Assembly (NCBI GenBank): GCA_963835575.1
Contig: CAWIGG010000005.1
Location: 64,001 to 128,000 of the forward strand
Origin: an uncultured Spirochaetota bacterium
Lineage (GTDB): Bacteria > Spirochaetota > Brevinematia > Brevinematales > JAOACQ01
DNA: 64,000 nt
Direction of reading: 5' to 3'
Position 1 is the first letter of the stretch. Every line of letters begins with the position of its first letter. The position numbers and the translations under genes were made by a program. Under the pieces are notes generated by a model that searched no databases, was not told the origin of the DNA, and was given only the letters and a program-made list of their open reading frames with translations. Shown here piece by piece: positions 19,690 through 31,268 of the stretch.

Positions 19690-21045
19690 TTAATTGGCTG
19701 ACTCTATTTGTTCACCATGCTGGCTGATATCAAGCCCTTCAATCTCCGCTTTTTCTGTCACGCGCATTTTACCGAGAGTGATCAAATTCGTCAGGAACAG
19801 GCAGATCAAAGTCCCGACTACGGCTATGCCGGCAGCTGCGCCGATGGATATAAGCTGTGTTACAACCTGAGCGGGATTGCCGTCGATAAGGCCTTTAGCG
19901 GCCGGATTTATCCGCGATACGGCAAAGATTCCGGTTGCAAGAGCTCCCCACATACCGCCGAGACCATGCACGCTGAACACATCCAGCGCGTCATCATACT
20001 TGAATATTTTGCGGAATACCGACATAAATGTAAAGGAAATGAGGCTGACAACTATTCCTATCACCAGCGCTCCCCCTATGTCCACATAGCCGGACGCCGG
20101 AGTGATCGCAACAAGGCCGGCCACAGCGCCGGTGGAAGCGCCCACAATACTGGGTTTTTTCATAATGATCCATTCCAGTGCCAGCCATGTCAGAGCGGCC
20201 ATAGCCGCTGCTGTATTCGTCACAAGGAACGCGCTGGAAGCCAGGCCGTTGGCAGCGACTGCGCTGCCCGAGTTAAACCCGAACCAGCCGACCCATAAGA
20301 GGGCCGCACCTATAAATATATAGCCTATATTCGCCGGGGGAGAAACAGGATTTTTCCTAAACCCATGGCGAGGCCCAAGCACTAGGACGGCAACAAGAGC
20401 GGATACGCCCGATGAAGTATGTACCACAAGTCCGCCCGCGAAATCCAGCGCTCCTTTATGCCAGAGCCATCCTTCGGGATTCCATACCCAGTGCGCCAGC
20501 GGAGTGTAAACGATGAACGACCAGAGTATGATGAACACGAACCACCCGATAAAGCTCATCCTTTCCGCGATGGCTCCTGAAATTAAAGCCACTGTAATGA
20601 TCGCGAACATCAATTGGAACATCGAATAAGCATATTCCGGAACCGTCGGCGCATTCGGATGGACCGAATTCGGCGTGATCCCGTTCATAAAAAAAGCCTT
20701 TATAGTCCCGAACCATTCATGAAAGCCTGTTACTTTACTGGGATCAGCCGCTGTTGTCGTAAATATCAAACTGTACTGGCCGATGACCCACAAAATACTG
20801 ACAATAATAGCGCAGGCCAGGCTGTAATATATGGTGGAAAGAATATTTTTCTTCCTCACCATTCCTCCGTAGAATAACGCCAGCGCCGGGATTGTCATCA
20901 TGAGCACAAGGGCGGCCGAAGTCAGAACCCAGGCCGTATCTCCCGAATTAATAACTGGAGCGGAAGCAGTTTCGGCAAAAGCTCCAGCGGCAGGAATAAC
21001 CAGAAAAGCGAATCCTGCCCAGAAACTCAAAATTATCCGTTTCAT
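19690..21045 (-). CDS. amtB: ammonium transporter
   Basis: GDTAW, DFAGG.VVH, WFGFN, GLVAITP, DDALDVF..HG. Confidence 0.97.
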   Translation of the reverse strand: MKRIILSFWAGFAFLVIPAAGAFAETASAPVINSGDTAWVLTSAALVLMMTIPALALFYGGMVRKKNILSTIYYSLACAIIVSILWVIGQYSLIFTTTAADPSKVTGFHEWFGTIKAFFMNGITPNSVHPNAPTVPEYAYSMFQLMFAIITVALISGAIAERMSFIGWFVFIILWSFIVYTPLAHWVWNPEGWLWHKGALDFAGGLVVHTSSGVSALVAVLVLGPRHGFRKNPVSPPANIGYIFIGAALLWVGWFGFNSGSAVAANGLASSAFLVTNTAAAMAALTWLALEWIIMKKPSIVGASTGAVAGLVAITPASGYVDIGGALVIGIVVSLISFTFMSVFRKIFKYDDALDVFSVHGLGGMWGALATGIFAVSRINPAAKGLIDGNPAQVVTQLISIGAAAGIAVVGTLICLFLTNLITLGKMRVTEKAEIEGLDISQHGEQIESAN

Positions 21046-21085
21046 ATATCGAACCTCCTTTCAATATAATCTCTTATGATAATAT

Positions 21086-21102
21086 AGCAACAGGAATGCC
21101 AG
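21086..21102 (-). promoter_or_regulatory. sigma54 (-24/-12) promoter of amtB-glnK-glnD
   Basis: Minus strand CTGGCATTCCTGTTGCT = GG-N10-GC, about 40 bp upstream of amtB. Confidence 0.8.
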
Positions 21103-21500
21103 ATTGACTATTTATCAGACTAATAATCCATATCTTATTATTATACAATGAATAAATATATTTTATAAATACCTATTATATAATCATTATTATTTATATA
21201 TACGATTAATTATTAAGCATATTATATATTTGGTGTTTATATATTGACCGGATTAATTTTGAATATTTTCAACTCGATTAATATTATTTAGCTTCAAATG
21301 ATTGAAAACAATTTAAAATGCTATATATATATTTGGAAAATATGTATTAATACAATCTTTCAGTTCTTCTTCCGCCGCATGATATGATTTTTTGTTCATA
21401 TCTTTTTGAACCTCCAATTAGAAATAGAATTTTTTAATCCTGAATTTATAAAGTGCTTATTTTTAATTTTTTAAATTTTATAATAAAGAAGGTGAGATGT

Positions 21501-22334
21501 ATGATGAAACTTACAATAATAATTTTCATAACGCTGGTTCTGTCATCCTGTTCTATTAACCCTTCCGGTAATGGGGGTGGCAGTACCGAGAATACAAATA
21601 CAGATTTTACCAATCTGGTCTGGTCGGACGAATTCAATCAAGCGGATGGTTCAGCCCCATCGTCAGCAAACTGGACTTATGATACCGACGCCGGTGGATG
21701 GGGAAACGGCGAACGGGAAAATTACACATCCAGCATTAACAATTCTTTTATATCAAATAATATGCTTATCATTAAGGCCATATATACCGGCCCTTCATTA
21801 GCTTCAGGAAATTTCACATCAGCCAGGCTCAAGACGCAGGGAAAGCAGTTCTGGCAGTATGGAAAAACCGAGGCGCGGATAGCCCTGCCCTACGGCGACG
21901 GTATCTGGCCTGCTTTCTGGATGCTGGGAACAAGCATCAGCTCGGTCGGATGGCCGAAATGCGGAGAAATCGATATACTGGAAATGATCGGCGGAACAAA
22001 CGGCGCCGCAAAAGGCGGCGGGGATAATGAAATTTTCGGCACCATTCATTGGGACAACGGCGGAGTACAATCGAGCGGATCCAGTACTTCGATAACCATC
22101 GGTACAAATTTTCATGTCTATTCAGTCATCTGGAATTCCAGTACCATCAAGATAGGCGTTGACGGTACATATTATTATTCCGGCAACATAACCCCTTCAG
22201 TGATGGATGAATTCCGCGCGCCTTTCTTCATCATACTCAATATCGCCGTCGGCGGCGGTTGGCCCGGCAATCCGGATATCAGCACGGTGTTCCCGCAGTA
22301 TATGTATGTGGATTGGGTGAGGGTGTACCAGTAG
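21501..22334 (+). CDS. GH16 glycoside hydrolase (beta-1,3-glucanase-like) lipoprotein
   Basis: Lipobox LSSC, LVWSDEF, WPAFWM, GEIDILE catalytic motif, NIAVGG.WPG. Confidence 0.92.
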   Translation: MMKLTIIIFITLVLSSCSINPSGNGGGSTENTNTDFTNLVWSDEFNQADGSAPSSANWTYDTDAGGWGNGERENYTSSINNSFISNNMLIIKAIYTGPSLASGNFTSARLKTQGKQFWQYGKTEARIALPYGDGIWPAFWMLGTSISSVGWPKCGEIDILEMIGGTNGAAKGGGDNEIFGTIHWDNGGVQSSGSSTSITIGTNFHVYSVIWNSSTIKIGVDGTYYYSGNITPSVMDEFRAPFFIILNIAVGGGWPGNPDISTVFPQYMYVDWVRVYQ

Positions 22335-22340
22335 GGGTCA

Positions 22341-22386
22341 GCGTTCTTTTCTTTCTTTTTTTGAAAAAAATGAAAGAAAAGAACGC
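22341..22386 (+). terminator. long hairpin downstream of the GH16 gene
   Basis: GCGTTCTTTTCTTTC...GAAAGAAAAGAACGC. Confidence 0.45.
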
Positions 22387-22512
22387 AGGAAAAGAAAGAA
22401 AAAAACTTCGAGACCATTTTCATACGGAGCTATCTTATAGTATGGATATGTGCTATCCAGCTGATAAATCTTGATTCCAGTTTAATAATAGCCGCCTTAT
22501 TACGCCGTCCCT

Positions 22513-24328
22513 GATACCGCTGAAAAATGGCACCTTTACAAAAACCGATTTCCTTAGATAACTTCAAGATTTAAAAAATTGAACACTTGAAGACACAAAA
22601 ACAAAAATGACGCCAAATCCAAATAAAAGTAGATGATTCTACTTCATAATTCCCTTAATTCATCTCTAAAACTAACTTTTTGACAAATCTCTTTAAATTT
22701 AAAGCACAGGCTGCCATGTAATATTGCTGAGAACGGCCTGATTCTCCTTTATATTTCATCATTCTTAAACCATGAAATCGAACCAGTGCGCTTATCGTCG
22801 ATTCAACTTGTGCCCGAACTTTCATTTCTTCTTTAAATTTATCGGTCTTTTGTTCTTCTCTCCGCTTGCACAAAGTTGTGTATTCTTTTGTGATACATAA
22901 TTTTCGCCCCCCGCACTTTTTACTTGTTCTTCTGACACATAACCCATAATTTATACAATTTCCGCATGTTTCATGTGAAAGGACACTTGATACGAATTAC
23001 TTTTCTCACTAAAATTCCAGGAATCATTCGTCTTTCCTGCCGGACAGACAGCTTTCCGGTTTTGAATATCTATTGAAAATTTATCCAATCTGAATTCTGC
23101 CGGAACTTCGTTTGAAGTTTTTTGTATATATCCCATCAGTACCTGGTCTTTATCTTCATATTCTTTAATCGCGCTGCTGCTGATATAATTGCTATCCGCA
23201 AAGATTTTCTTCGGATTTAATTTTGAATTTTCATTCCTTCTATCCAATTCCGGTAATATTTTATTGTCATTTTCCTTGTTTGATTGTGGTATCATATCAA
23301 CTATGAAATTCACCTCGCCTTTGTTTGCTGTTTCAACGATATGGCATTTCTCGCCTGACCAGCTTGTTTTTCCTTTCTTTCCTAATTGAATGGTTGTATC
23401 CCGCGGGTCAATTACGCTCTGCATCGGCTTTTCTATTTCATCCACTTCTATAAACACTTTTTCACCTACTTCTTTTTCTCGAATGATCACATTTTCCTGA
23501 AATACGGTTTTCATTATTTTTAGCTGTTTCAAGACTTCTTCATTTTCTATCTTAGAACCCTCAATCATCCGCGTTATTCGATAGCCATCTTCCACAATCT
23601 CCGCCTGCTTGTCCGATCTCTTCCCCTTTGACATCCCGAATGAACTGAATTTCTTTGAGTAGCGTTCAATCAAATCCGCTGGAATATTTTCTTCATACCA
23701 CACGGGATTATTTCTTTCTAATACTTCCAGTAATACTCGCACAGTTCTGAAGAGTAGTTCTGTCGTTGATATCCGGTTTAAATGTTTTACAATATGAGTC
23801 GCGTCAATACGCTGGTGTGAATTACTTTTAATCAAACCTTTTTCCCGGCAAAACTCCACCATTTTCTTAAAGGCGTTATTTTCTTCTCCATTATTCCGAA
23901 AACGCTTTCTGAAATTACAGAGTGTGCTAGAGTCAAAAATGAAAACTTTCTCGATCGGCAAATGTAATGCGTATTTCCAATCCAGCCGCAAATACACAGC
24001 TTCCGCTGCTTCTGAGTCTGACAGAGAATCAAAATATTGCAGAATGGTAACCATTGATAGAAATGCCGGTGATATTCCATTGCGTCCTTTCCTGGAGTAT
24101 AAATGTTTAAAATCCCCATCATGAAATATGGGATATATTTCCCTGGAAAATATCTTTAATGGGTTTGTTTCTTCAAGTAAATCCGACATCAAATTAGTTA
24201 CCGAATATAGTTCATCCTGGCTATGTCTTTTTAAACTCATTTTATTACCCTGCAATTAATTATGTTAAATATTATGACACATTAATATAATTACAGCAAT
24301 GTATGTTAATGCATTTTTCAGCGGTATC
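22513..24328 (-). mobile_element. IS1182-family insertion sequence
   Basis: Perfect 17-bp TIRs GATACCGCTGAAAAATG (22513-22529 and 24312-24328); flanks GTCCCT/GTCCAT, so the exact TSD is uncertain. Confidence 0.88.
22655..24255 (-). pseudogene. IS1182 family transposase, single frameshift near 22978
   Basis: LSD.EA, LDWKYAL, RIDATH, ADSNY, CPAG in one frame; C-terminal CxxC..C and RAQVESTIS..VR.HGLR in a shifted frame. Confidence 0.85.
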
Positions 24329-24349
24329 GTCCATAGCTTTAGGCGGCGG

Positions 24350-26388
<2,039 letters not shown>

Positions 26389-26569
26389 CCGCAAACATGT
26401 GTCTTCTCTCTTCTATTATTATAGCGGATGACACGACTATATATTGAGATATTTGGTGTTCAGATTATGGTTAATGGAAAATGGCCTCGGGTACGGACAA
26501 TTTGTTGAGAGGCTTTTTGATTATCATTCTTTTCATGGAAAAATATTCTTTAACAGAAATTTAAACTAC

Positions 26570-29188
26570 TTATACATATTCTTTTTCTAATCTCTTAATT
26601 TCATCAAGAATTTCTTCCACAGTCTGTTTAAGTTCGGAACCCATTTTGATAAATTCATCCCGATACTCTGCACCCATAAGCGAAAGGAGCGCAAAATAGA
26701 CCGGTTTATATTTATCCTTCAGATCAAATCTATTCTTTGAAAATAGTTGGTAAACAAAATGATATTGCTTCTTAGCTATAAACATCCGAATTATTAAGGA
26801 AACATCCGTACTGACTTCTTTTTGAATTTCCTCATTATCATAATATTGTTTATACATTTTAACAGCTTCTTCAATGTCATTGTTCCATAATAGAACAATT
26901 ATATAACCATAAACATATTTTATATCTTTACTAAAAGCCTCTTTTTGAAGTCTCCATGCATCTTCCTTATTCGTTTTCAATTCGTAATAGAGGCATGCTA
27001 AATTATTCATAGCAGCAATATCATCATTCTTGATGGCCATTAAGTAATACTCTTTTGCCTTTTCATAATCTTTAAATTCAGTTTCATAAAGAAAAGCTAA
27101 ATATTTCATCGCCTCTACATTCCCTTTCTCTATTGCCATTAAGTAATACTCTTTTGCCTTTTCATAATCTTTAAATTCAGTTTCATAAAGAAAAGCTAAA
27201 TATTTCATCGCCTCTACATTCCCTTTCTCTATTGCCATTAAATAATATTCCTTTGCCTTTTCATAATCTTTAAATTCAGTTTCATAAAGAAAAGCTAAAT
27301 ATTTCATCGCCTCTACATTCCCTTTCTCTATTGCCATTAAATAATATTCCTTTGCCTTTTCATAATCTTTAAATTCAGTTTCATAAAGAAAAGCTAAATA
27401 TTTCATCGCCTCTACATTCCCTTTCTCTATTGCCATTAAATAATATTCCTTTGCCTTTTCATAATCTTTAAATTCAGTTTCATACAGCATGGCTAAGTTA
27501 AACATTGCCTTAACATTACCTTTGTCAACAGCTATCAGATAATATTCTTTTGTTTTTTTATAGTCTTTAAATTCAGTTTCATACAGCATGGCTAAATTAT
27601 TTATTACATCAATATTTCCTTCTCTAACAACTTCATAATAAAACTCATCTGCTATTTTTAAATCTATTTTTTCTTTATATAGTATATAACTTATAATAAT
27701 ATGTACCTGTATAAAATCCATCCCGTCTTCAAGCAACTTTTTTTTTGCTGAAGAAAAAGCCCCTTGTTTAATATCTTCATAAACCTCCCCCATTACCTCT
27801 ATATGTAATTTATCCAATTCCCGCACAAGATCCTTATGCTTTCCGGAAAGGTATTCCCTAGTTTTGCTGATCAATTCATGCTGAAGGTCAAGAGGAATTT
27901 TCGTGCGAGATAACGCCTGGGCAACGCAGAACGCATGCGAATAATATAATTTTCCTTCCTTCATAGCTTTGATATGTTTCCGGACTCTGTCGATCAGCTC
28001 CTGCTCCCCACACCATAATTCAAAAAAACGCACCAACCAAAGTACCCGGTTCCTGTTCTTTCTTTTTCCAAGCCGCATGAGAAAATAAATATTGAAGAAC
28101 CGCTCTTTCAGCCTGTATAATTGATTCTTTGTTGAAGTCATCTGCTTCTCAATGATCTGGCTCTTCTCCAGTTGATTCAGTTGAGCAGAAACAGCCTTGC
28201 CCGACATTCTTGTTTTTTTTGCTATACTTTTTGTGCTGATTGCGTCCCAATTTTGGGCGACTGCATCTACTATAATTTGCTGTTGTGTTGAAAGGTTGTC
28301 CAGCCTGTGTTTATAAAGAGGGGTTACCATATCCAAGACCGCTTCCAGATCCTTGAAAGAATTACCGTCGGCATCGTCTGTAAATATTTCAAACAGGAGA
28401 ACAACAGTTCTCGGCACACTACCGGTCAACCTCCTAAGGGCCTCAATCCTTTCAGGTTGTTTTTGAATGATCTGTTCTATTTCTTCTTTTTTTTGATAGG
28501 TTTCGCTGAGCTTTCTCAGCAGCATGATGGTTTCACTTCCTGTTAGTTCATCCAATGTAATAACCTTAAAAAAATCGTACAACGGCTCTTTATAGCTATA
28601 ATAGAATTCTAACACCGCCGAAGAAGCCCCAATGACCCTGATAGAGCTGCATGTAATAAGAACTTCTCTCAACCTCTGATTTTCTTTTTTTGAAAATTTT
28701 CCGATCATTTCCCCGAAATTGTCAATCAGGAGAACTGCTTTTTTGTTTCGTTTTTTTAAAGAATCAATTAAAAGATTAAAGATTTCCTCTTCAGGGGATT
28801 CCAAGTCATATAAATGATCAACCTGCTCTATGAGCCCGTTAAAAAATTCATATTTATCTTCAAGAATATCAATCACTTCTTCCCATAGTTTTGCCAGGGT
28901 ATTAACCCTGTATTGTTCTTCATCGAATATAACCGGTAAAAGCCATTCAGAAAGTTCTTTATCATTAAGAATTTCATAATTCAAACGCAGCAGAAGCGTT
29001 GTTTTTCCATACCCTCTCTGCCCCTGTATTATAAAATGTTGGGTTGGTTTTTCCATTTTATCATTTTTTACCGCTGTAAATAATTCATCAAACTCTTGAA
29101 GACGTATAACAAAGTTTGAAACTATATCTTCAGGGGTTTGAGATGCCGGATTATAAACAAAAGGGTATTTAATATCAGTTTGCAACAT
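26570..29188 (-). CDS. STAND-like P-loop ATPase with wHTH and Sel1/TPR-like repeats
   Basis: Walker A GQRGYGKTT, Walker B LLIDN, LTGSVPR, winged-helix segment, 33-aa repeats; start set at ATG 29188 after GGAGG. Confidence 0.85.
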   Translation of the reverse strand: MLQTDIKYPFVYNPASQTPEDIVSNFVIRLQEFDELFTAVKNDKMEKPTQHFIIQGQRGYGKTTLLLRLNYEILNDKELSEWLLPVIFDEEQYRVNTLAKLWEEVIDILEDKYEFFNGLIEQVDHLYDLESPEEEIFNLLIDSLKKRNKKAVLLIDNFGEMIGKFSKKENQRLREVLITCSSIRVIGASSAVLEFYYSYKEPLYDFFKVITLDELTGSETIMLLRKLSETYQKKEEIEQIIQKQPERIEALRRLTGSVPRTVVLLFEIFTDDADGNSFKDLEAVLDMVTPLYKHRLDNLSTQQQIIVDAVAQNWDAISTKSIAKKTRMSGKAVSAQLNQLEKSQIIEKQMTSTKNQLYRLKERFFNIYFLMRLGKRKNRNRVLWLVRFFELWCGEQELIDRVRKHIKAMKEGKLYYSHAFCVAQALSRTKIPLDLQHELISKTREYLSGKHKDLVRELDKLHIEVMGEVYEDIKQGAFSSAKKKLLEDGMDFIQVHIIISYILYKEKIDLKIADEFYYEVVREGNIDVINNLAMLYETEFKDYKKTKEYYLIAVDKGNVKAMFNLAMLYETEFKDYEKAKEYYLMAIEKGNVEAMKYLAFLYETEFKDYEKAKEYYLMAIEKGNVEAMKYLAFLYETEFKDYEKAKEYYLMAIEKGNVEAMKYLAFLYETEFKDYEKAKEYYLMAIEKGNVEAMKYLAFLYETEFKDYEKAKEYYLMAIKNDDIAAMNNLACLYYELKTNKEDAWRLQKEAFSKDIKYVYGYIIVLLWNNDIEEAVKMYKQYYDNEEIQKEVSTDVSLIIRMFIAKKQYHFVYQLFSKNRFDLKDKYKPVYFALLSLMGAEYRDEFIKMGSELKQTVEEILDEIKRLEKEYV
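27030..27620 (-). repeat. 99-bp (33-aa) tandem repeat, about 6 units
   Basis: NVEAMKYLAFLYETEFKDYEKAKEYYLMAIEKG with four near-identical units; period 99 bp (27036 vs 27135). Confidence 0.95.
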
Positions 29189-30347
29189 TACACCTCCACC
29201 ATTCTCTGAGTAAATATGAATTAAACCTGTAAATCGAGGGATCATCATGATTATTGATGTAGCCATCATATTTCAAGGCATTTATTAGATTCTTATATCC
29301 ACTTTCTATTCCATATTTAATTGCAAGGTCATGGATTTCCAAAGATGTTATCTTCTTTTTTTCGGAGATAAAATTGAGTAGTTCTTTTAAAAATGAAAAC
29401 TCGTCCCTTTGGTAGGCTTTTCTTAATCGAGTAAACCATTGCTCAAAATATATTTTATGTTCCAAAGCATTCTTTACTGATATATCTACTATATCAACAG
29501 TTATTCTTTTTATGTTTTCTTCTGTCAGAATCTTATTCACCTCGTCAAAGATTATCTGGAAATAAAATGGAATCCACCATTCCACAATATCCAGAAGGTG
29601 AAGATAAGCCTCTTTAGCAAAAACATATTCGGAACTGTCAAGAATATTCTCAATCAGCTTTTCAACTTCCTTTTCTTTAAGAGGCTTAATCCGGATTGAA
29701 ACCAAGTCATTGATTAAATTGCTATAATTCATACGGCTTACTATATTTTCAAGACCAATGGAACCGGCATAAATGAATTGGAGTTTTTTATGAATTTCCG
29801 GAGCCTGACGGATAACCCTGTTCGTTTCCAGAAAATGAACTGCAGCTTTTTCATCTTCATCCCTTGAAATATTCTCCACTGTTTGAGCAAATTCATCAAT
29901 AAGAACGACAATACTTTCTTCGCCGAAATCAATAGTCCTGACAAGGCTATTCAATTCATCAAAATAAGAGATTTTACAAGCACCAAAATTAATTCCTTTA
30001 TCCATGCTTATTGAATCAATGCGGGAAATTAAATCCTTCAATAATATCCCTGTCATTTTCCTATATTTCTGAATTCCAGAAAGCTTATCCATAATATGAT
30101 GATAAAGCTTTTTATAAAATTCATTTTCGTTATTCACCGATTCGCTGGTATAGTAAATTACAATTCTGTTATCACACGGCTCATCCAGTAAATTAAAAAG
30201 GATGGAAGATTTACCGACTCGCCGAGGAGCAACCAATAGGAGGTTACTTCCCGTTTTTATTTTTTCCCAGATATCATTAATAATCTCAGGTCTTGGGAAA
30301 AAAGCCTCCCCTCTGGCCGCCTGTCCGATAATCGTGTGTATTGCCAT
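29175..30347 (-). CDS. STAND-like/archaeal-type AAA ATPase
   Basis: FFPR, Walker A APRRVGKSS, Walker B VLIDE, AGSIGL, IPFYFQ, LREWW; overlaps the next gene's start. Confidence 0.85.
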   Translation of the reverse strand: MAIHTIIGQAARGEAFFPRPEIINDIWEKIKTGSNLLLVAPRRVGKSSILFNLLDEPCDNRIVIYYTSESVNNENEFYKKLYHHIMDKLSGIQKYRKMTGILLKDLISRIDSISMDKGINFGACKISYFDELNSLVRTIDFGEESIVVLIDEFAQTVENISRDEDEKAAVHFLETNRVIRQAPEIHKKLQFIYAGSIGLENIVSRMNYSNLINDLVSIRIKPLKEKEVEKLIENILDSSEYVFAKEAYLHLLDIVEWWIPFYFQIIFDEVNKILTEENIKRITVDIVDISVKNALEHKIYFEQWFTRLRKAYQRDEFSFLKELLNFISEKKKITSLEIHDLAIKYGIESGYKNLINALKYDGYINNHDDPSIYRFNSYLLREWWRCNVAN

Positions 30348-30377
30348 TATTTTCTCCTATTAAATTATAAATGAGTT

Positions 30378-30405
30378 TACTTGACAAAATATATTTTGTC
30401 AAGTA
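30378..30405. promoter_or_regulatory. perfect 28-bp palindromic operator-like site overlapping a sigma70 promoter
   Basis: TACTTGACAAAATATATTTTGTCAAGTA; minus strand TTGACA-17-TAAACT pointing at the ATPase pair. Confidence 0.7.
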
Positions 30406-30720
30406 TTTTAACAAAAATAATTTTGCCATCAATCAAATTCCTACTTATAAATCATGGAATAAAATAATTCAATACATCTTTCTGAAAACAATGAAAGGTG
30501 CCTTATTCCTAATTAACTCATATCTTCCTAATCTGTGCTAATAAGTTTCATCTTTGAGAATCAGTATGAAAAATCGGATATTACAAACCAATGAATCAAT
30601 AATAACTTTCGTTCTCTTAATGTCCCTCGTTTTCATGTCTTTGTGTAAAAAAACCCATCATACCTTATATCAATTCCAATCTGGTTTAAATACATAAAAA
30701 GTGAAGAAAACTAACCAACT

Positions 30721-30758
30721 CTCCGTGCGCTCCGATTCCCTCCGTGATCTCCGTGTTT
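30721..30758. repeat. 9-nt-periodic arm (reverse orientation)
   Basis: CTCCGTGCG CTCCGATTC CCTCCGTGAT CTCCGTGTTT. Confidence 0.6.
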
Positions 30759-30814
30759 AAACCCCGATGGAAACTCATTTTACAAAATATTGAAGAAATT
30801 ATTAAAGCTTCTCC

Positions 30815-31141
30815 CTACCCTTCCATCACCACCGCTGTCCCATAGCACAACACCTCGGTCACGCCCTGCATCACGTCATTCGCGTCATAGCGGATGCCGA
30901 TGATGCCGTTAGCGCCGAGCTGTTCGGCATGGCTGATCATGATATCATATGCTTCCTGCCTTGTTTTTTCACAGAGGCTGGTAAAAATAGTTATATTACC
31001 GCCGAAAATTGTCTGCAGTGAACCTCCGATCTGCCCCAGGATCGATCTCGACCTGACGGTGATTCCTCTCACAAGGCCTAAATTCTTTACGATCGATTTT
31101 CCCTCTATGGTGAAAGCCGTCGTTGTGTTTTCAGGTTTCAT
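30815..31141 (-). CDS. YbjQ (UPF0145) family protein
   Basis: LGLVRG..VRSR, GG.I, A..LGANGIIGIRYD, EVLCYGTAV; start after GGAGG. Confidence 0.9.
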   Translation of the reverse strand: MKPENTTTAFTIEGKSIVKNLGLVRGITVRSRSILGQIGGSLQTIFGGNITIFTSLCEKTRQEAYDIMISHAEQLGANGIIGIRYDANDVMQGVTEVLCYGTAVVMEG

Positions 31142-31268
31142 TTTATCCTCCCGATTGCTATTTTCTACCACTCAGAATTTTAAGGAGACCATTTAATTAA
31201 TGCAAATACCTTAAATTAAGTTGAAAGACATGATTAATATAAAATTAAACTCTATCTGGTATTTTTCT

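Noticed and set aside
27030..27620. Tandem repeat considered as a CRISPR array
   Set aside because: In-frame coding repeats with no unique spacers and no cas genes
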